From: Haliotis rubra
Taxonomy: Eukaryota
Reading direction: 5' to 3'
Length of the DNA: 64,000 bases
Assembly: GCF_003918875.1 (NCBI RefSeq)
Contig: NW_025766002.1
Location: forward strand, 9,362,001-9,426,000
This document shows, in pieces, positions 36,847 to 50,125 of this stretch. The notes under the pieces were generated by a model. It was not told the origin of the DNA. It did no database searches and saw only the letters and a list, made by a program, of their open reading frames with translations. The position numbers and the translations under genes were made by a program. Each line of letters begins with the position of its first letter. The first letter of the stretch is position 1.

Positions 36847-37509
36847 CTGGAATGCAAAACAGCCACTTTTAATGCAATGAATCGGGAAGAAATACATGCA
36901 GTATTTATCTCTGACATTAAATCAATACCCAAAGAACACAATATCTGTCTCATGAAATTATTTATGAACCAGATTTTACCATACCACCCTCATTAGGACA
37001 TGGAAATGGCTGTTGAAGTTGACAAGATCACTGAGAACTACCAAAGCCTTCAGCCACTGATGCTTCATGCAAGAATTTCTGATGTTTTTAAAGTAATTAT
37101 GGCCAAATGTTGCAGACTATGATTTCCTCTATCAGATTTGATTGGCATATTGGCCTTAGAGAAATACAATAATTGGGGCTAAGAATTCTGAATATGGATT
37201 CATAATATTATATTCTGACTATCATGTAGCCAAGAATATGGCATGACAGTTATATCTAAACTACTGACCCCAGACTCCTTATTTGTCAAATTATTCCTCT
37301 CCTAATAAAACAAGATGCAATTTGAAGCTAAACCTGTTGTTTCTAATGGCTGTTCATGTCTGATTTAGCCATCTTGGACATGAATGTGAATTTTCTTTCC
37401 ATCAGATACCTTTATCATCCATGCCAAAGACATCAGTCAAAAATAGAAGAAGTAAAAGTATATTGCAAACATGTATTTATTGATGCAATTAATAAACATT
37501 GGGCCTTTG

Positions 37510-37975
37510 CAGGAGCAGTTAGTCCAGTGGTTAAAGTGTTTTGTTTGTTTGTTGTTTGTTTAACGTAGCACATCCTCAGCAATGTTCCAGCTATATGACA
37601 GCGGTCTGTATATATTCGAATCTGGACCAGACAATCCAGTGATCAATATGATGAGCTTCGATCCACATGCGAATTGGGATATGGTGACATGTGTTAACCA
37701 AGTCAGCGAAGTCTGACCACCCGATCCCAATAGTCACCTCTTACGACAAGCATTGGTTGGTGAAGACCAATTCTAAACCAGATCTTCACAGGTTAAAGGG
37801 TTTGTTCATCATGATGCTGGGTTTGATTCCCAAGATTTTGTCAGCATGATTATGTATCTAGGTTTGTCTGCACCATTCTTGTGGCATCACTTAACTTCCT
37901 CCCACATTGAGCTGATGTAGCATAGCATAACTGGAGCATTGTTAAAAGGGTGTTAAACCCAACTCACTCACTCAA
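37510..37975 (+). mobile_element. degenerate family-1-like SINE interrupted by a minus-strand family-2 copy (about 37543-37793)
   Basis: ggttaaag(t/g)gtt duplicated around the inserted family-2 copy. Confidence 0.75.
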
Positions 37976-39028
37976 ACATAACATGATGTAATATGAGCCA
38001 CCTGCTCCAATTTTATCCCAGTTAAAAGAAAAAATCAAATGTCCATGAGGCCATGCTTTTTATACATTATTGAACAGATCTGCCAACCTTAAAACAAAAG
38101 AAAGTAACAGTGAAATATGAAATGGATTCTTTATGAATGAACTTGCACATTCACCACTAAGATTTGTGCTAAATAAATCTTCTCTGATAACATGGGTGTA
38201 CTTTGTACAGAAAATTTTCTGTTGTTAAAATGTCAGATAAGTGGATTTTTGCTGAAAGAAGCAAAAATATCTAATTCACTTGGTGAATGCAGGTGAAATT
38301 GGCACAATTATCAACACATAGCATTACATCTCCTACCAAGGATCTTCGGATACATTTCAGGACCTGATAGAACATTATTGGCATGTTTACTCTAACCATC
38401 AGAACCTGGTGAAATAAACATGACATTTGCACTGCTTCTGAAAGTACGCCCCAATCCTGGGTGGGTGAGACAGTGCAAAGCAATAGATCAAAAGTTTCCA
38501 GAATCACTTTTTCATATCAAAGCTTGATTTCCTTTGATTTTTAACCCCTGCTACCCTGATGAGGGGCAGAAAATATTGCTTGAGACCCATGGTTCTCAAT
38601 GACATCCTGTTTACTAGTGGTAGTCCGATAAATTGAAAAAATCGAAGATTGGTCAGAAAATATTCGATCATGCTTTCTCAGAATCAAACACAAACAATTC
38701 TGGAACAGTTTTTGCATTAACAATATTTTTCACCACGGTTGGTTTTGTCTGTTACATTTTCATGAACACGGACATGCCTGTACAAGTCACAACTGTATTT
38801 ATTTTAAAGACGACAAGAAATTTATGTTCCTAACATACTAGTCATCCTTTAAAGATGTGCAATTTGCAAAAATCACCCCAAGGAACTGCATGTAATTTCA
38901 TTTTTTTGTGCATTAACAAAAATAACCAGGAAAATTTCATAAAATGGCAGCTTAACCAATTATTTTCGGTTTGATGGTTGTAATGAACCAATCATCAATT
39001 ACTGAGATTTTAAAATTCCCAACACTAC

Positions 39029-39682
39029 TCATGTTAATGGTTTTGTGGAACTACAGGTAAATCATGTTAATGGTTTTGTGGAGCTACAGGTTGGTAATGG
39101 TTTTGTGGAATGGTAAATTGGTGTGGAACTACAGGTAAATCATGGTTAATGGTTTTGTGGAACTACAGGTAAATCATGGTAATGGTTTTGTGGAACTACA
39201 GGTAAATCATGGTAATGGTTTTGTGGAACTACAGGTAAATCATGTTAATGGTTTTGTGGAACTACAGGTAAATCATGGTAATGGTTTTGTGGAACTACAG
39301 GTAAATCATGTTAATGGTTTTGTGGAACCAACTAGGTAAATCATGTTAATGGTTTTGTGGAACTACAGGTAAATCATGGTAGGGTAAATCATGTTAATGG
39401 TTTTGTGGAACTACAGGTAAATCATGTGGTTTTGTGGAACTACAGGTAAATCATGGTAATGGTTTTGTGGAACTACAGGTAAATGGTAATGGTGTGGAAC
39501 TAAGGTGGTTTTTTGTGGAACATGGTAATGGTTTTGTGGAACTACAGGTAAATCATGTTAATGGTTTTGTGGAACTACAGGTAAATCATCATGTCAATGG
39601 TTTTTGTGGAACTACAGGTAAATCATGGTAATGGTTTTGTGGAACTACAGGTAAATCATGGTAATGGTTTTGTGGAACTACC
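39029..39682. repeat. 33-bp minisatellite gtggaactacaggtaaatcatg(g/t)taatggtttt
   Basis: Tandem periodicity; explains the repetitive GFVELQVNH ORFs. Confidence 0.95.
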
Positions 39683-39722
39683 AGTACATTGTTCTGTTCT
39701 ATGTCATCACACTTTATGTCAA

Positions 39723-39805
39723 GGGCGGTGGGGTAGCCTTGTGGTTAAAGCATTTGCCCGTCAAGAGCGGTAATAATCAAGACCCGGTCTTCGATTCCCC
39801 ATATT
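39723..39805 (+). mobile_element. SINE family 1 head only
   Basis: gggcggtggggtagccttgtggttaaagc ... tcgattcccc. Confidence 0.7.
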
Positions 39806-40707
39806 TGCATCAATTAAACAATAGTGTATGAACCCTGTCTAATGTCTATTACAAAGGAAAGGATATATTTCCATTACATATATGATGTAATGGTCATATA
39901 TCTGTCAAAAACAACTTATTCAGTTACAGACTCAGCTTAATTAATAATCTGATTTAGAACCTAAAATATATACTATATCTTAAAGAATGATTCTGTTCCT
40001 TTTACTCTAAATTTATCTTCCACAAAATACTTATGACCCATATCATTAAAAGACAAAAGCTAATTCTTTGATAAACAGATTTGAACAAAAATCAAGGGAA
40101 TTAGCAATTTGTCTCTTTTATCTCAACTCCTAAACTGTTTGTGTTTCTGTTGCAGGGTATGGTTTTGCAGAAAACTAAATTAACTTTGTCTGTTTAAAGC
40201 TGTCTGGAGACGTTAGCAGTAAACTGTGTACAACTGGTGAGTGCTTCCTAGCACTGTAGACCTAATCTCAACATTGACACTGATGAAATGGCTTTGAAGT
40301 GAGCAAACCAACACAGAGGTAGTTTATAGCTATCATGTACACATCCAGCCTGCAGAACCTGTGTACGCCAAGTCCTTTGTTTCAGTGAGAGGAAAACCTT
40401 GACAGTTTGTCTCTACTTGCCCCCTTAATGGAGGGAATGGATACATAATATGATGAAAATTTGTCTGAACAGTTTCATAGGTTATTACCAGTAATGCATG
40501 GAGGAAATATATGGAGGACAAATTCCATATTTATTGAGATTCAGGAAACAGTTGACAAGATTTATCATTGTTGTTGACTCAAGCTAAAACTGCTTGAATG
40601 AAATAAGTCCTCTTTTAACATATTGACGCCTGACATTACATAAGCTATGGACTCTCACGCTTTATGGTGCTACTGATCAGATACAACATCTTTCAGATAC
40701 AACAAAA

Positions 40708-41430
40708 CACTACACCTTTAAGATACTACAGCTTAAGCACTGTACCTTTAAGATTTAAGATGCTACAGATCTGGCACCCAATTAAAGCTACTACAATGAA
40801 AGGCACTACACCTTTAAGATACTGCACCTTAGGCAATACACCTTTAAGATACTACAGCTAAATGCACTACACCTTTAGATACTACAATGAAAGGCAATAG
40901 ACCTTTAAGATACTACAGATGAAATGCACTTTTGGAAGGGTACTACAGCTCTTTAAGATACTACAGGAAAAGGCACCACACCTTTAAGGTACTACAGCTC
41001 AGGCACTCCAGTTAAGCTACTACAGTCACAGGCACTACACCTTTTAACATACTACACCTCAGGCACTGTACTTTTAAGATACTACAGATAAAGTCACACC
41101 TTTGAGCCTACAGCTCAGGCACTCCAGTTAATTGCTACTACAAAGCTCAAACATACAACACCTTTAAGATCCTACAACTCAGGCACCCCAAATTAAGTTA
41201 CAACGTATCTAACGCTAGACCTTTAAGATGTGGCAACTCTGACAGGACTCCTTCATGACACTTCTAACGCTATTCTTTTAAGATACCACACTTAACACAC
41301 GCTTTCACATGATACAACTCCTCACTGCACCTTTAAGATGGTACAGTTGAGACATGACAACTTTCTAAGGCACAACAACTCATACTTAATCTTTAAAAAG
41401 CTAGAAGTCAGACACTATCACTTTAAGAGC
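40708..41430. repeat. degenerate minisatellite of about 30 bp (cactacacctttaagatactacag)
   Basis: Recurring cctttaagat motif, decaying rightwards. Confidence 0.75.
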
Positions 41431-42079
41431 TTCATATTTTGACTCTAAGCTTCAAAGAAATTCTGTGTTGAGATTAATTCCTCGTGATCAATTCTCCTAC
41501 CACGCTTCGTAGCACGTAACTACCTTGTACTAAGATTTACCTGGGGTGTGAGTAGGCTGTGGCTCATATAAATGATGCATATTTGAGAAGACATAATTTT
41601 TCTTTTGCTTTAATCGACTTCCTAAGGTCTTGACACGCACCTTTATTATTGTGAACTAATAATCTTTACAACCGTGCATGTGAAATATCGCTTAAACTGG
41701 TTTTATGAGAGCTTATAGCCTTTTACACGGCTGATGGGTTCTGGAAATATCTCACAATAATAAACAGTGAAGCCTAAAAAATACGACCCTGATATAATAT
41801 TTCTTTCCCTTGAAACGCAGTATATGAATTACATGAATATTTACATATCAGTATCATTCAACATGTAGTTTGATAAGGACATGTTTAGAGCTGGCGTGAC
41901 ATTTTATAGATGCTTTGTTAGCTTTGATATATGACATTAAACATATTTGTTCTGGAGAATGCATTTAAATATGCTTGAGTATTTATACTACATTTTTAGC
42001 ATTCAGCAAAGTTATTTTACTTTAGTTGAAAATTTGAAACCAAAATATATTACTGCACCGGTATCTCATTTCTTAAAGA

Positions 42080-42185
42080 CTGATTGAGTTTAACTTTATG
42101 CCGCTTTTAACAATATTCCAACAATATCATGGCCGGGGACACCAGAAATGGGCTTCACACATACCCATGTGGGGAATTGAACCCA
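42080..42185 (-). mobile_element. SINE family 1, 5'-truncated
   Basis: gacaccagaaatgggcttcacac...ggggaattgaaccc. Confidence 0.8.
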
Positions 42186-42257
42186 CCACCCAACCTCACC
42201 ATCATTCAGAAATGGGTGGCTCCAGTGATATGGTGGTTCATGGTTTGTCAAGATATA

Positions 42258-43800
42258 CATAGATGGGTGCTTGATGGATGGATGGATGGATGGGTGCTTG
42301 ATAGATATGGATCATGAGGATATAGATGGATGGGTGCTTGGTGGATATGGATCATGAGGATACAGATGGATGGACAGACATACAGACATATTTATTTGTA
42401 TATGTGGCCCTGAGGCCAATAGTACATGTGTACAATAATAACAATGCATTTATGCGAACCTGTAAATACGCCGAAGTTATAGGAACATCAATAAATCCAT
42501 AAACACCCATTCACAATTTACATTTTTTCACTCAACATAAGTATGTGGTACAACACAAGGGCTACCTTAAACAACAAGTCAATATTTTCAGCGACGAAAG
42601 CATACAGAATTTTTGTCTCGACAGTTGGTTATAGAAAAAATAAGGCAAATATGTTTCTCTTTATTTCCAAATATTTCGGCATACAAGTAATACATGGTAC
42701 ACATCTTCTTGCGATAAATTGCAGAATGGACATTGATATCTGTTGCATTTGAAGTTTTAAGTAAATCGCTTTTGACTTTGAAATTGTAAGCTGCTTACAT
42801 CTAAATTTAGTAAGTTTACGCTTTAAGTTGTGGTGATTTAATCTTGAAAGGTAAATTTCTGTATTAATACAATATTTATATTCTGAATAAAAGTTGACAC
42901 AGGTTGATGACGTTATTTCATTATACCAGTCCTGTTGATAAATGTCTTTGCATCTCTGCTTGAATAATTTGATGAAATATTGTGTATTACTTACATTTTG
43001 AGCGAGCCATACATTTCCAAAGCCATGACTAAAAAGAATAGTTCTAACGAAGGAAACCCAATTAATATCTCCGGTATCATCTAGTGTTTTAAGCATTTCA
43101 TAACTACATCTTGAATATCGTGAAATTGGTTGTCTCATTGACATGGATCGTGAGGATACAGATGGATGGGTGCTTGATGGATATGAATCATGAGGATATA
43201 GATGGACGGGTGCTGATGGATATGGATAATGAGGATACAGATGGATGGGTGCTTGATGGATATGGATCATGAGGATATAGATGGATGGGTGCTTGATGGA
43301 TATGGATCATGAGGATATAGATGGATGGGTGCTTGATGGATATGGATCATGAGGATATAGATGGATGGGTGCTTGATGGACATGGATCATGAGGATACAG
43401 ATGGATGGATGGATGGGTGCTTGATGGATATGGATCATGAGGATATAGATGGATGGGTGCTTGATGGATATGGATCATGAGGATATAGATGGATGGGTGC
43501 TTGATGGATATGGATCATGAGGATATAGATGGATGGGTGCTTGATGGATATGGATCATGAGGATATAGATGGATGGGTGCTTGATGGATATGGATCATGA
43601 GGATATAGATGGATGGATGGATGGGTGCTTGATGGATATGGATCATGAGGATATAGATGGATGGGTGCTTGATGGATATGGATCATGAGGATATAGATGG
43701 ATGGGTGCTTGATGGATATGGATCATGAGGATACAGATGGATGGGTGCTTCATGGATATGGATCATGATGATACAGATGGATGGGTGCTTGATATAGATG
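42258..43800. repeat. 40-bp minisatellite ggatatggatcatgaggatatagatggatgggtgcttgat (interrupted by a LINE)
   Basis: Tandem periodicity at 42258-42370 and 43140-43800. Confidence 0.95.
42372..43139 (-). mobile_element. LINE 3' fragment (RTE-X-like ORF2 C-terminus), pseudogenised
   Basis: NWVSFVRTILFSHGFGNVWLAQ...FKQRCKDIYQQDW...EIYL...LTKFR; frameshifted EYHVLLVC motif; AATAAA plus short repeat tail. Confidence 0.78.
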
Positions 43801-44099
43801 CTGGATACGGATGGCTATAGATGATGGATGGATCCCAGATCATACAGGACAGAAGCCAGCTGATGACTGCAGACACTGGTGATGGACATGTGTGAGGAAT
43901 GCTTATTGATAAAAGATGAATGGTTGATACGGCAGATGATCAAGGAAATCAACAGAAGAAATATGACTGGAATGGTCAATTATGTACAAGTACATATAAA
44001 ATAAGTAGGTGACAATAAATTTAGAAGGTTGACTGTACACAGATAAGATGATTCTCAAATGATCTACACTTGCAAATTTTGTTGTACAAATATGAGGAT

Positions 44100-44365
44100 A
44101 GGTGAGATGAAATTGGGTTTAACATCGTACTTGAGAATATTTCGCTCATATGACGATGTGCATGTATGTGTATGTGTGGCTGCTTGTACTAGCCCAGACT
44201 TAAGCTGCTTTTATAGTGCTAGCTCACTAAGATACCATGCCGCAGTTAAGCATAAATACCCCCACACTGACGCTGTTTCCACCAGTCCTTCTTGGTACCC
44301 ATTTATAAGCACCAGGCAGGGCCAACAAGTACCATATTTTAACTTCTTTTGGTATTACACGGCTA
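44100..44365 (-). mobile_element. SINE family 3, truncated
   Basis: ttttatagtgctagctcact and gcagttaagcat; homologous to 16554-16905. Confidence 0.85.
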
Positions 44366-45309
44366 GGGTTTACAAACATGAAGAAACCACTGGTAGCATA
44401 TAGCAGTGAATCATATGGTCTAGGACAGATCATCTACACATACCGCAACATGACTAAGAATACATGACCAAGGATTGCCCAAACACAGAAATCTGTGTTG
44501 AAAATAATTAGGTTAATTTTGTTCATTTCATGCAATGGCAAGTGAACCAATTTCAACGATTTAAGAAATCTACTCCTTATTATATGCATATGACTCCCTG
44601 AAAGGCAGAGAGGGAGTCAAAATGACACCCATATTTGGAACATTAGGACAAGCCCTGAATGACACCAGCAGTCAAACAGACCGCTCTACACACATACTTG
44701 TAACATGACTAGGACTATATGACACGAGCAGTCAAACAGACTACACTACCCCTGTAAGGAGTACACCTGAGTACAGTTCACATCGACAGCACGAATTCTA
44801 ACACTTAAGAGGTGAACAGATAAGCTACTGCATACTTCCTTTCCGTGGTGAAGGAAGGGTATCCTCGAGGGGAGAAACTCTTTAATGTGGCCACAACACG
44901 CTGGCAGCATTAGCAGGGCAATAGGGTTGGGAGCACATCAGTGCTGATTTTGTAAATGATCTCCGAAATTATTTTCGCTGACTGTAATTTCAGGGAAGGG
45001 TGGCATGAGTGCCACACATGCTAGTCAAACACACACAGCTCAGCCATACAAACAAAATAATCAGTTTTTTTCATTGATGATTTTGATTTAGAATTGGTAG
45101 CCTCGAAGTTAGTTCATGCTGGATTTCATCACAGGCATGTCTCCTGCTTGGCAGACATTCTTGCCATGATGTACTGGGCTGAACATGCTGATGGAGTTTT
45201 AACCTGCCTCGTGATGCTGCTGGTATTATATGTGCAAAATTATCATCATAAAGTTGGTACTTTGTCACAAGCTTTGTAAAATTATTCATCCTTTTAGTCT
45301 TCTGCTGCT

Positions 45310-45950
45310 ATACTATTACATACTTTGAAGACAAAAGATTCCCCTTCTACTATGTTATAAAAGGTTTGAAAATCAAATGATTGTCTTTTTCTGTTCTATT
45401 ATATACTTTAAAGATAAAAAGATTCCCATTTCTTTCCTATTGTATGATTCCAAGATCCAAATGATTCTCTTTCTTTATTTTTACCCTCGAGTAAATGCTT
45501 CAAAGATATGACAGATTCTTCCATCTATTGTATTATATGCTTCAAAGATTCAATGATTCTCTCTCTCTGTTCTATTAAGCCAGAGTAAATGCTTCAAAGA
45601 TATGACAGATTCTCCCATCTATTGTATTATATGCTTCAAAGATTCAATGATTCTCTTCTGTTCTATTAAGCCAGAGTAAAAGCTTCAAAGATATGACCGA
45701 TTCTCCCATCTATTGTATTATATGCTTCAAAGATTTAAATGATTCTCTTCTATTCTATTACCCCAGAGTAAAAGCTTCAAAGATATGACAGATTCTTCTA
45801 TCTATTCTATTATATGCTTCAAGATTCAAATGATTTCTCTTCTATTCTATTAACCCAATGTAAATGCTTCAAAGATCCATGACAATCTGCCTTCTGTTCT
45901 ATTATATGCTACAGATACTACAGATTCTCCCATTTATTCTGTTATATGCT
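45310..45950. repeat. minisatellite of about 90 bp built from two related subunits (gcttcaaagat)
   Basis: Tandem periodicity. Confidence 0.85.
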
Positions 45951-46566
45951 TTAATGTTACTTAAAGATCCTCCTGATAAACTTGAGCTTATCTGTACAAC
46001 ATACAAGCTCATTGGAGTAATATCATTTTGATGGGTTTATAAACAAAGATGGTAATGTGAGGTGGATCTACATTCAAGTGTTAAGGCAATGATGGATATA
46101 TTTATTTTGTCAGAGTTTGATCTTGAAATTCACACAGACCTGCATGATCTGTTTAGTTTCCCAAAAGGAACTGAACCCCTCACAAATAGAGTCAAACAAG
46201 CCATGATTGTTCTAATTATTTATACAATTTATCACATTACTAAACAAGCTATATACAACAGCAGAGAACAAACTATTTATTATTTTACGATCGCATTGAA
46301 TTTCAAAAGTGTGTTTTGAAAACCAGGTCCAAATTTCTGGTTTACATTTTAACATCAACTACAGGGAATTAGGGTTTGATTTCACTAAGTCAACAAACAC
46401 TGAGAGAGCAGATTCTGGATTGTGTGACTCATGACTACTTCAGGCTATTGAAAATAAATATATCAAGCTTTCCAATGATATATAATGAAGTAAGCTGACA
46501 ACCAATGTGATCCTTGGGGTTCTAACTGCATCAGATCAAACATGGTTAGTGAATTATTTCAAAATC

Positions 46567-46707
46567 NNNNNNNNNNNNNNNNNNNNNNNNNNNNNNNNNN
46601 NNNNNNNNNNNNNNNNNNNNNNNNNNNNNNNNNNNNNNNNNNNNNNNNNNNNNNNNNNNNNNNNNNNNNNNNNNNNNNNNNNNNNNNNNNNNNNNNNNNN
46701 NNNNNNN
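46567..46707. other. assembly gap
   Basis: run of N. Confidence 1.
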
Positions 46708-46754
46708 TAGAAATATTATTTACCATTATTGCTCAGGAACTTAATAAATTTCCA

Positions 46755-47000
46755 TGGCAGTGGGATAGCCTAGTGGTTAAAGTGTTTGCTCGTCACACCA
46801 TTCATTCTAATCATTCTCTCACGGGTACAATATGTGAAGCCTATTTCTGGTGTCCCCCGCCATGATATTGTTGAATGTTGCTAAAAGCCGTGTAAAACCA
46901 CTCACTCACTAATAATTTTCCATCCACATGGGCACAATGTGTGAAGCCCATTTCTGGTGTCCCCATCTGTGACCCTGCCAGAATATGGCTTATAGATACA
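46755..47000 (+). mobile_element. SINE family 1 plus a second partial copy
   Basis: tagcctagtggttaaag head; ccacatgggcacaatgtgtgaagcccatttctgg recurs at 46924. Confidence 0.75.
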
Positions 47001-47654
47001 TAAATCCATTATTACACACTATGTATTTATTTTCCACAGGCACCATATAATACAAAATGTCAATCAAAGTGCATCAGTATCCAAGGTTCTGACAGCGATG
47101 TATTTAATGTCAACCTCAGAATCCAAAGCATTTCTTCAATGGTGATGTATTTACAAAGGTGTTACCAGTGTTTTTGTCCTGCAGGGGATATGTTTACACC
47201 TATCAATAGCAACACCAGCAGGTGTCGGTACCAACCAATTTAAAGCCACAAACACAATAAACACACTACACCTGATTGTATTTCCCCGTGGCCCCTGGCA
47301 TTAATTAGAAACATTTATAGGTTGAACTTCTATAAACGTGACATGTGCATGCTTAGTTGTACCAAATTTGTGTTATTTAGAAGTTAATTAATTTCACTGA
47401 CGGTCTTGTTAAAATCCAAATCTGATAACCAGTCTGAATTATTTTGTTGTTAGTGAGAGTGCAAGTATATTCACAAACTTTACACAGAAAAAAAAATTGT
47501 GTTGCTAGAAATTCTGATAAGCATCTGGAAAGATCTGTCAGTGGAACACAAAAACAGACCCAAAGCCAACTTTTTCTTTGTTGCAGTGCTTTTGTGTTGG
47601 CTGGGCTCTGAGGCATTATTGTACATGAAGGATTGAACAGACCTTTACATTTTT

Positions 47655-48003
47655 CTCATCACCATCAGCATCATTATCATCAGCATCATCATCATTGATA
47701 GCAATGAAGTAATGCCATGTCATTATTAACTAAAATTATCATCACCATCATCATCATCACCATCATCATCATTGATAGCAATGAAGTAATGCCATGTCAT
47801 TATTAACTAAAATTATCATCACCATCATCATCACCATCATCATCATTGATTGCAATGAAGTAATGCCATGTCATTATTAACTAAAATTATTATCATCAAT
47901 CGTCACCATCATCATCACAATACTGACGTCAACGAAGTAATACCATGTCATCATTAACTAAAAATCATCATAATCATCATCATCATCATCGTCATCATCA
48001 TCA
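47655..48003. repeat. repeat of about 70-75 bp with embedded (CAT)n
   Basis: gaagtaatgccatgtcattattaactaaaa occurs four times (last copy diverged). Confidence 0.88.
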
Positions 48004-48764
48004 TGAATACCAACATTATCATACATCTTCAACAAATATGTGGTGTTCCTGTAACTCAAATCAAATCAATGCCAACTAATTATGCCATTTCCCCGCCACA
48101 ACACGTCCAACTGAAGGAATCTCAGAAAGGAAATTTGCCGATGTGAATGAACGCCAAATTACAAGGAATTGCCGAGAAATCATAGGAACGCCACCCAGAC
48201 ACAACATAGTGGCCGCCAATCAATGAGGTAAATACATGGCGGAACGTGAGAGATTTGTAAAACTCAATCTGACTGCCACTGTTAACCCAAATTGGCTTAG
48301 TTACTTGGTAATTCTGTTAATTTTGTCCGATTTTTCACATATGATTGAGCTGAATAACATGGCAAATAGTCTTCATCGAAAAGTAAGCTGCTCAGGCTGA
48401 TGTAAATGAGTTGGTATATATTTAATGACATCTTTGCATCATGTTAATGATAAATCTCCAGTTCGACTGATGGGACACGAAGATAAATTGACAAGAATTC
48501 AATGGCTTTTGACAATTACTGTCCTTGGCAAGTACATGATGGACGTGTATTATATAGCTGCATTGCATTGCCACAGTATGAACAAACTGCTCATCAAACA
48601 CTCGTAACACAGAGAAGAACATACTTGGCTAAACTTGTGAGATGCTTATAATGTTTGAAATTAGAGTCATTAATGTTTTCTCTGTGGATGACTGTGTTGA
48701 TGCATGGGAAAAAAAAAATACAGTTTTAGCTATTTCATATATGCTTACTTCTACATCATAGGCC

Positions 48765-49208
48765 TGGCCAATATTATTACTTGTTTCACAGATTATGGGG
48801 AGTAGTATGGCCAAAATCAGTACCTGTCTCAGCAACCAACGTGGGTAATATATATGGCCAATATTACTACCTGTCTCAGCAATTACCGCGGGTAATATGG
48901 CCAATATTACTACCTGTCTCAGCAATTACCGCGGGTAATATGGCCAATATTACTACCTGTCTCAGCAATTACCGTGGGTAATATGGCCAATATTACTACC
49001 AGTCTCAGCAATACCATGGGTAATATGGCCAATATTACTACCTGTTTCAACACTAACATGGGTAATATGGCCAATATTACTACCAGTCCCAGCAATTAAC
49101 ATGGGTAATATGGCCAATATTACTACCTGTCTCAGCAATTAACATAGGTAATATGGCCAATATTACTACCTGTCTCAGCAATTAACATGGGTAATATGGC
49201 CAATATTA
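48765..49208. repeat. 43-bp minisatellite with two internal near-palindromes
   Basis: Unit atatggccaatattactacctgtctcagcaattaccgcgggta. Confidence 0.93.
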
Positions 49209-49631
49209 TCACTTACTTCACCTATCATTGTTTTTGAAAAAAAAATTCAGGGGTGTTGGGGTTGGGGGGCTTTGAAAAGTGTTTACTTGTAGTATGTCAG
49301 GAAAAACCTGTTTTTATACGAACATATTAAGTGACTAGTATGCCTGAAGTGAAGCGTTTCAATATGCTTTTATGCCACATACAGTTATACCAGAGTGGGT
49401 ACTTAAATTCAGTTGGAAAAGAGGTTCAAGATCAGCTATCCCATTTTCTTCATTCATCCAATATTTCTAGATATTTCCCTATCAGTTTACCAATATGCTC
49501 TTTACTTTCTCTACATTCTTGTGTTGCCAGGTGGTCTAGTAGTCCATGCAGTGGCTTCCAGGCATGCTGGTAAGAGGGTCCAATCCTGACTCGATTCGTG
49601 CTATTCTCAGTCAGTTCCTTTAGGCATTGGG

Positions 49632-49816
49632 TAGCCTTGCTCCAAGGCTGTACTAAATGCTAAACCCATTGGTGTATAGAAATTCTCTCCGTTAAAGAGG
49701 CAAGTCTAGATAAGCGGACAGTTCTAAGGACCCCAGTCCGTTAGAGGAATACTTATATTTTATAGAAATTATCATTTAAACTATTTACTATTACCTCAGA
49801 GACTTGTGCAAGTCTC
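49632..49816 (-). mobile_element. Academ-like hairpin-ended mini-element, divergent copy D
   Basis: Perfect 9-bp TSD ggcattggg (49623-49631, 49817-49825); terminal hairpins AGCCTTG-ctc-CAAGGCT and GAGACTT-gtgc-AAGTCTC; core GCAAGTCTAGA at 49700-49710. Confidence 0.75.
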
Positions 49817-49970
49817 GGCATTGGGGTAACCTAGTGGTTATATATGCCAATCATGCACAAGACCTGGTTTGAAGTCCCATCTGTGAACTATGTGTGAAGC
49901 CCATGTCCCACGTTAAGATATTGCTGGAATATTGCTAAAAGCAGCAATAAACCAAACTCTCACTTATTCA
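49817..49970 (+). mobile_element. SINE family 1 whose head was the target of copy D
   Basis: ggcattggggtaacctagtggtta head and gctggaatattgctaaaagc tail. Confidence 0.8.
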
Positions 49971-50089
49971 TCCTGAGTAGTGTTTTCTCCTCACACGTTC
50001 CTCAAATAATTCTTTCAGTCTTATTTTCTTCCTCTCTTGCTCTCTACTTTTGTCTTTTATGTTTCTACATTCTGCCCCCACCTCTCCCC

Positions 50090-50093
<4 letters not shown>

Positions 50094-50122
<29 letters not shown>
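50094..50122. repeat. (AT)n microsatellite
   Basis: Direct. Confidence 0.95.

Positions 50123-50125
<3 letters not shown>

Noticed and set aside
39142-39773. Repetitive protein (GNGFVELQVNH)n
   Set aside because: The 33-bp unit is in frame by length alone; the array has frameshifts and stops
41716-41890. Possible fifth hairpin-ended mini-element (TAGCC...GGCTG)
   Set aside because: No core motif, no second terminal hairpin, only a 6/9 flank match
42629-43270. 213-aa ORF as a host gene
   Set aside because: N-terminus is minisatellite translation; the rest is a truncated, frameshifted LINE ORF2
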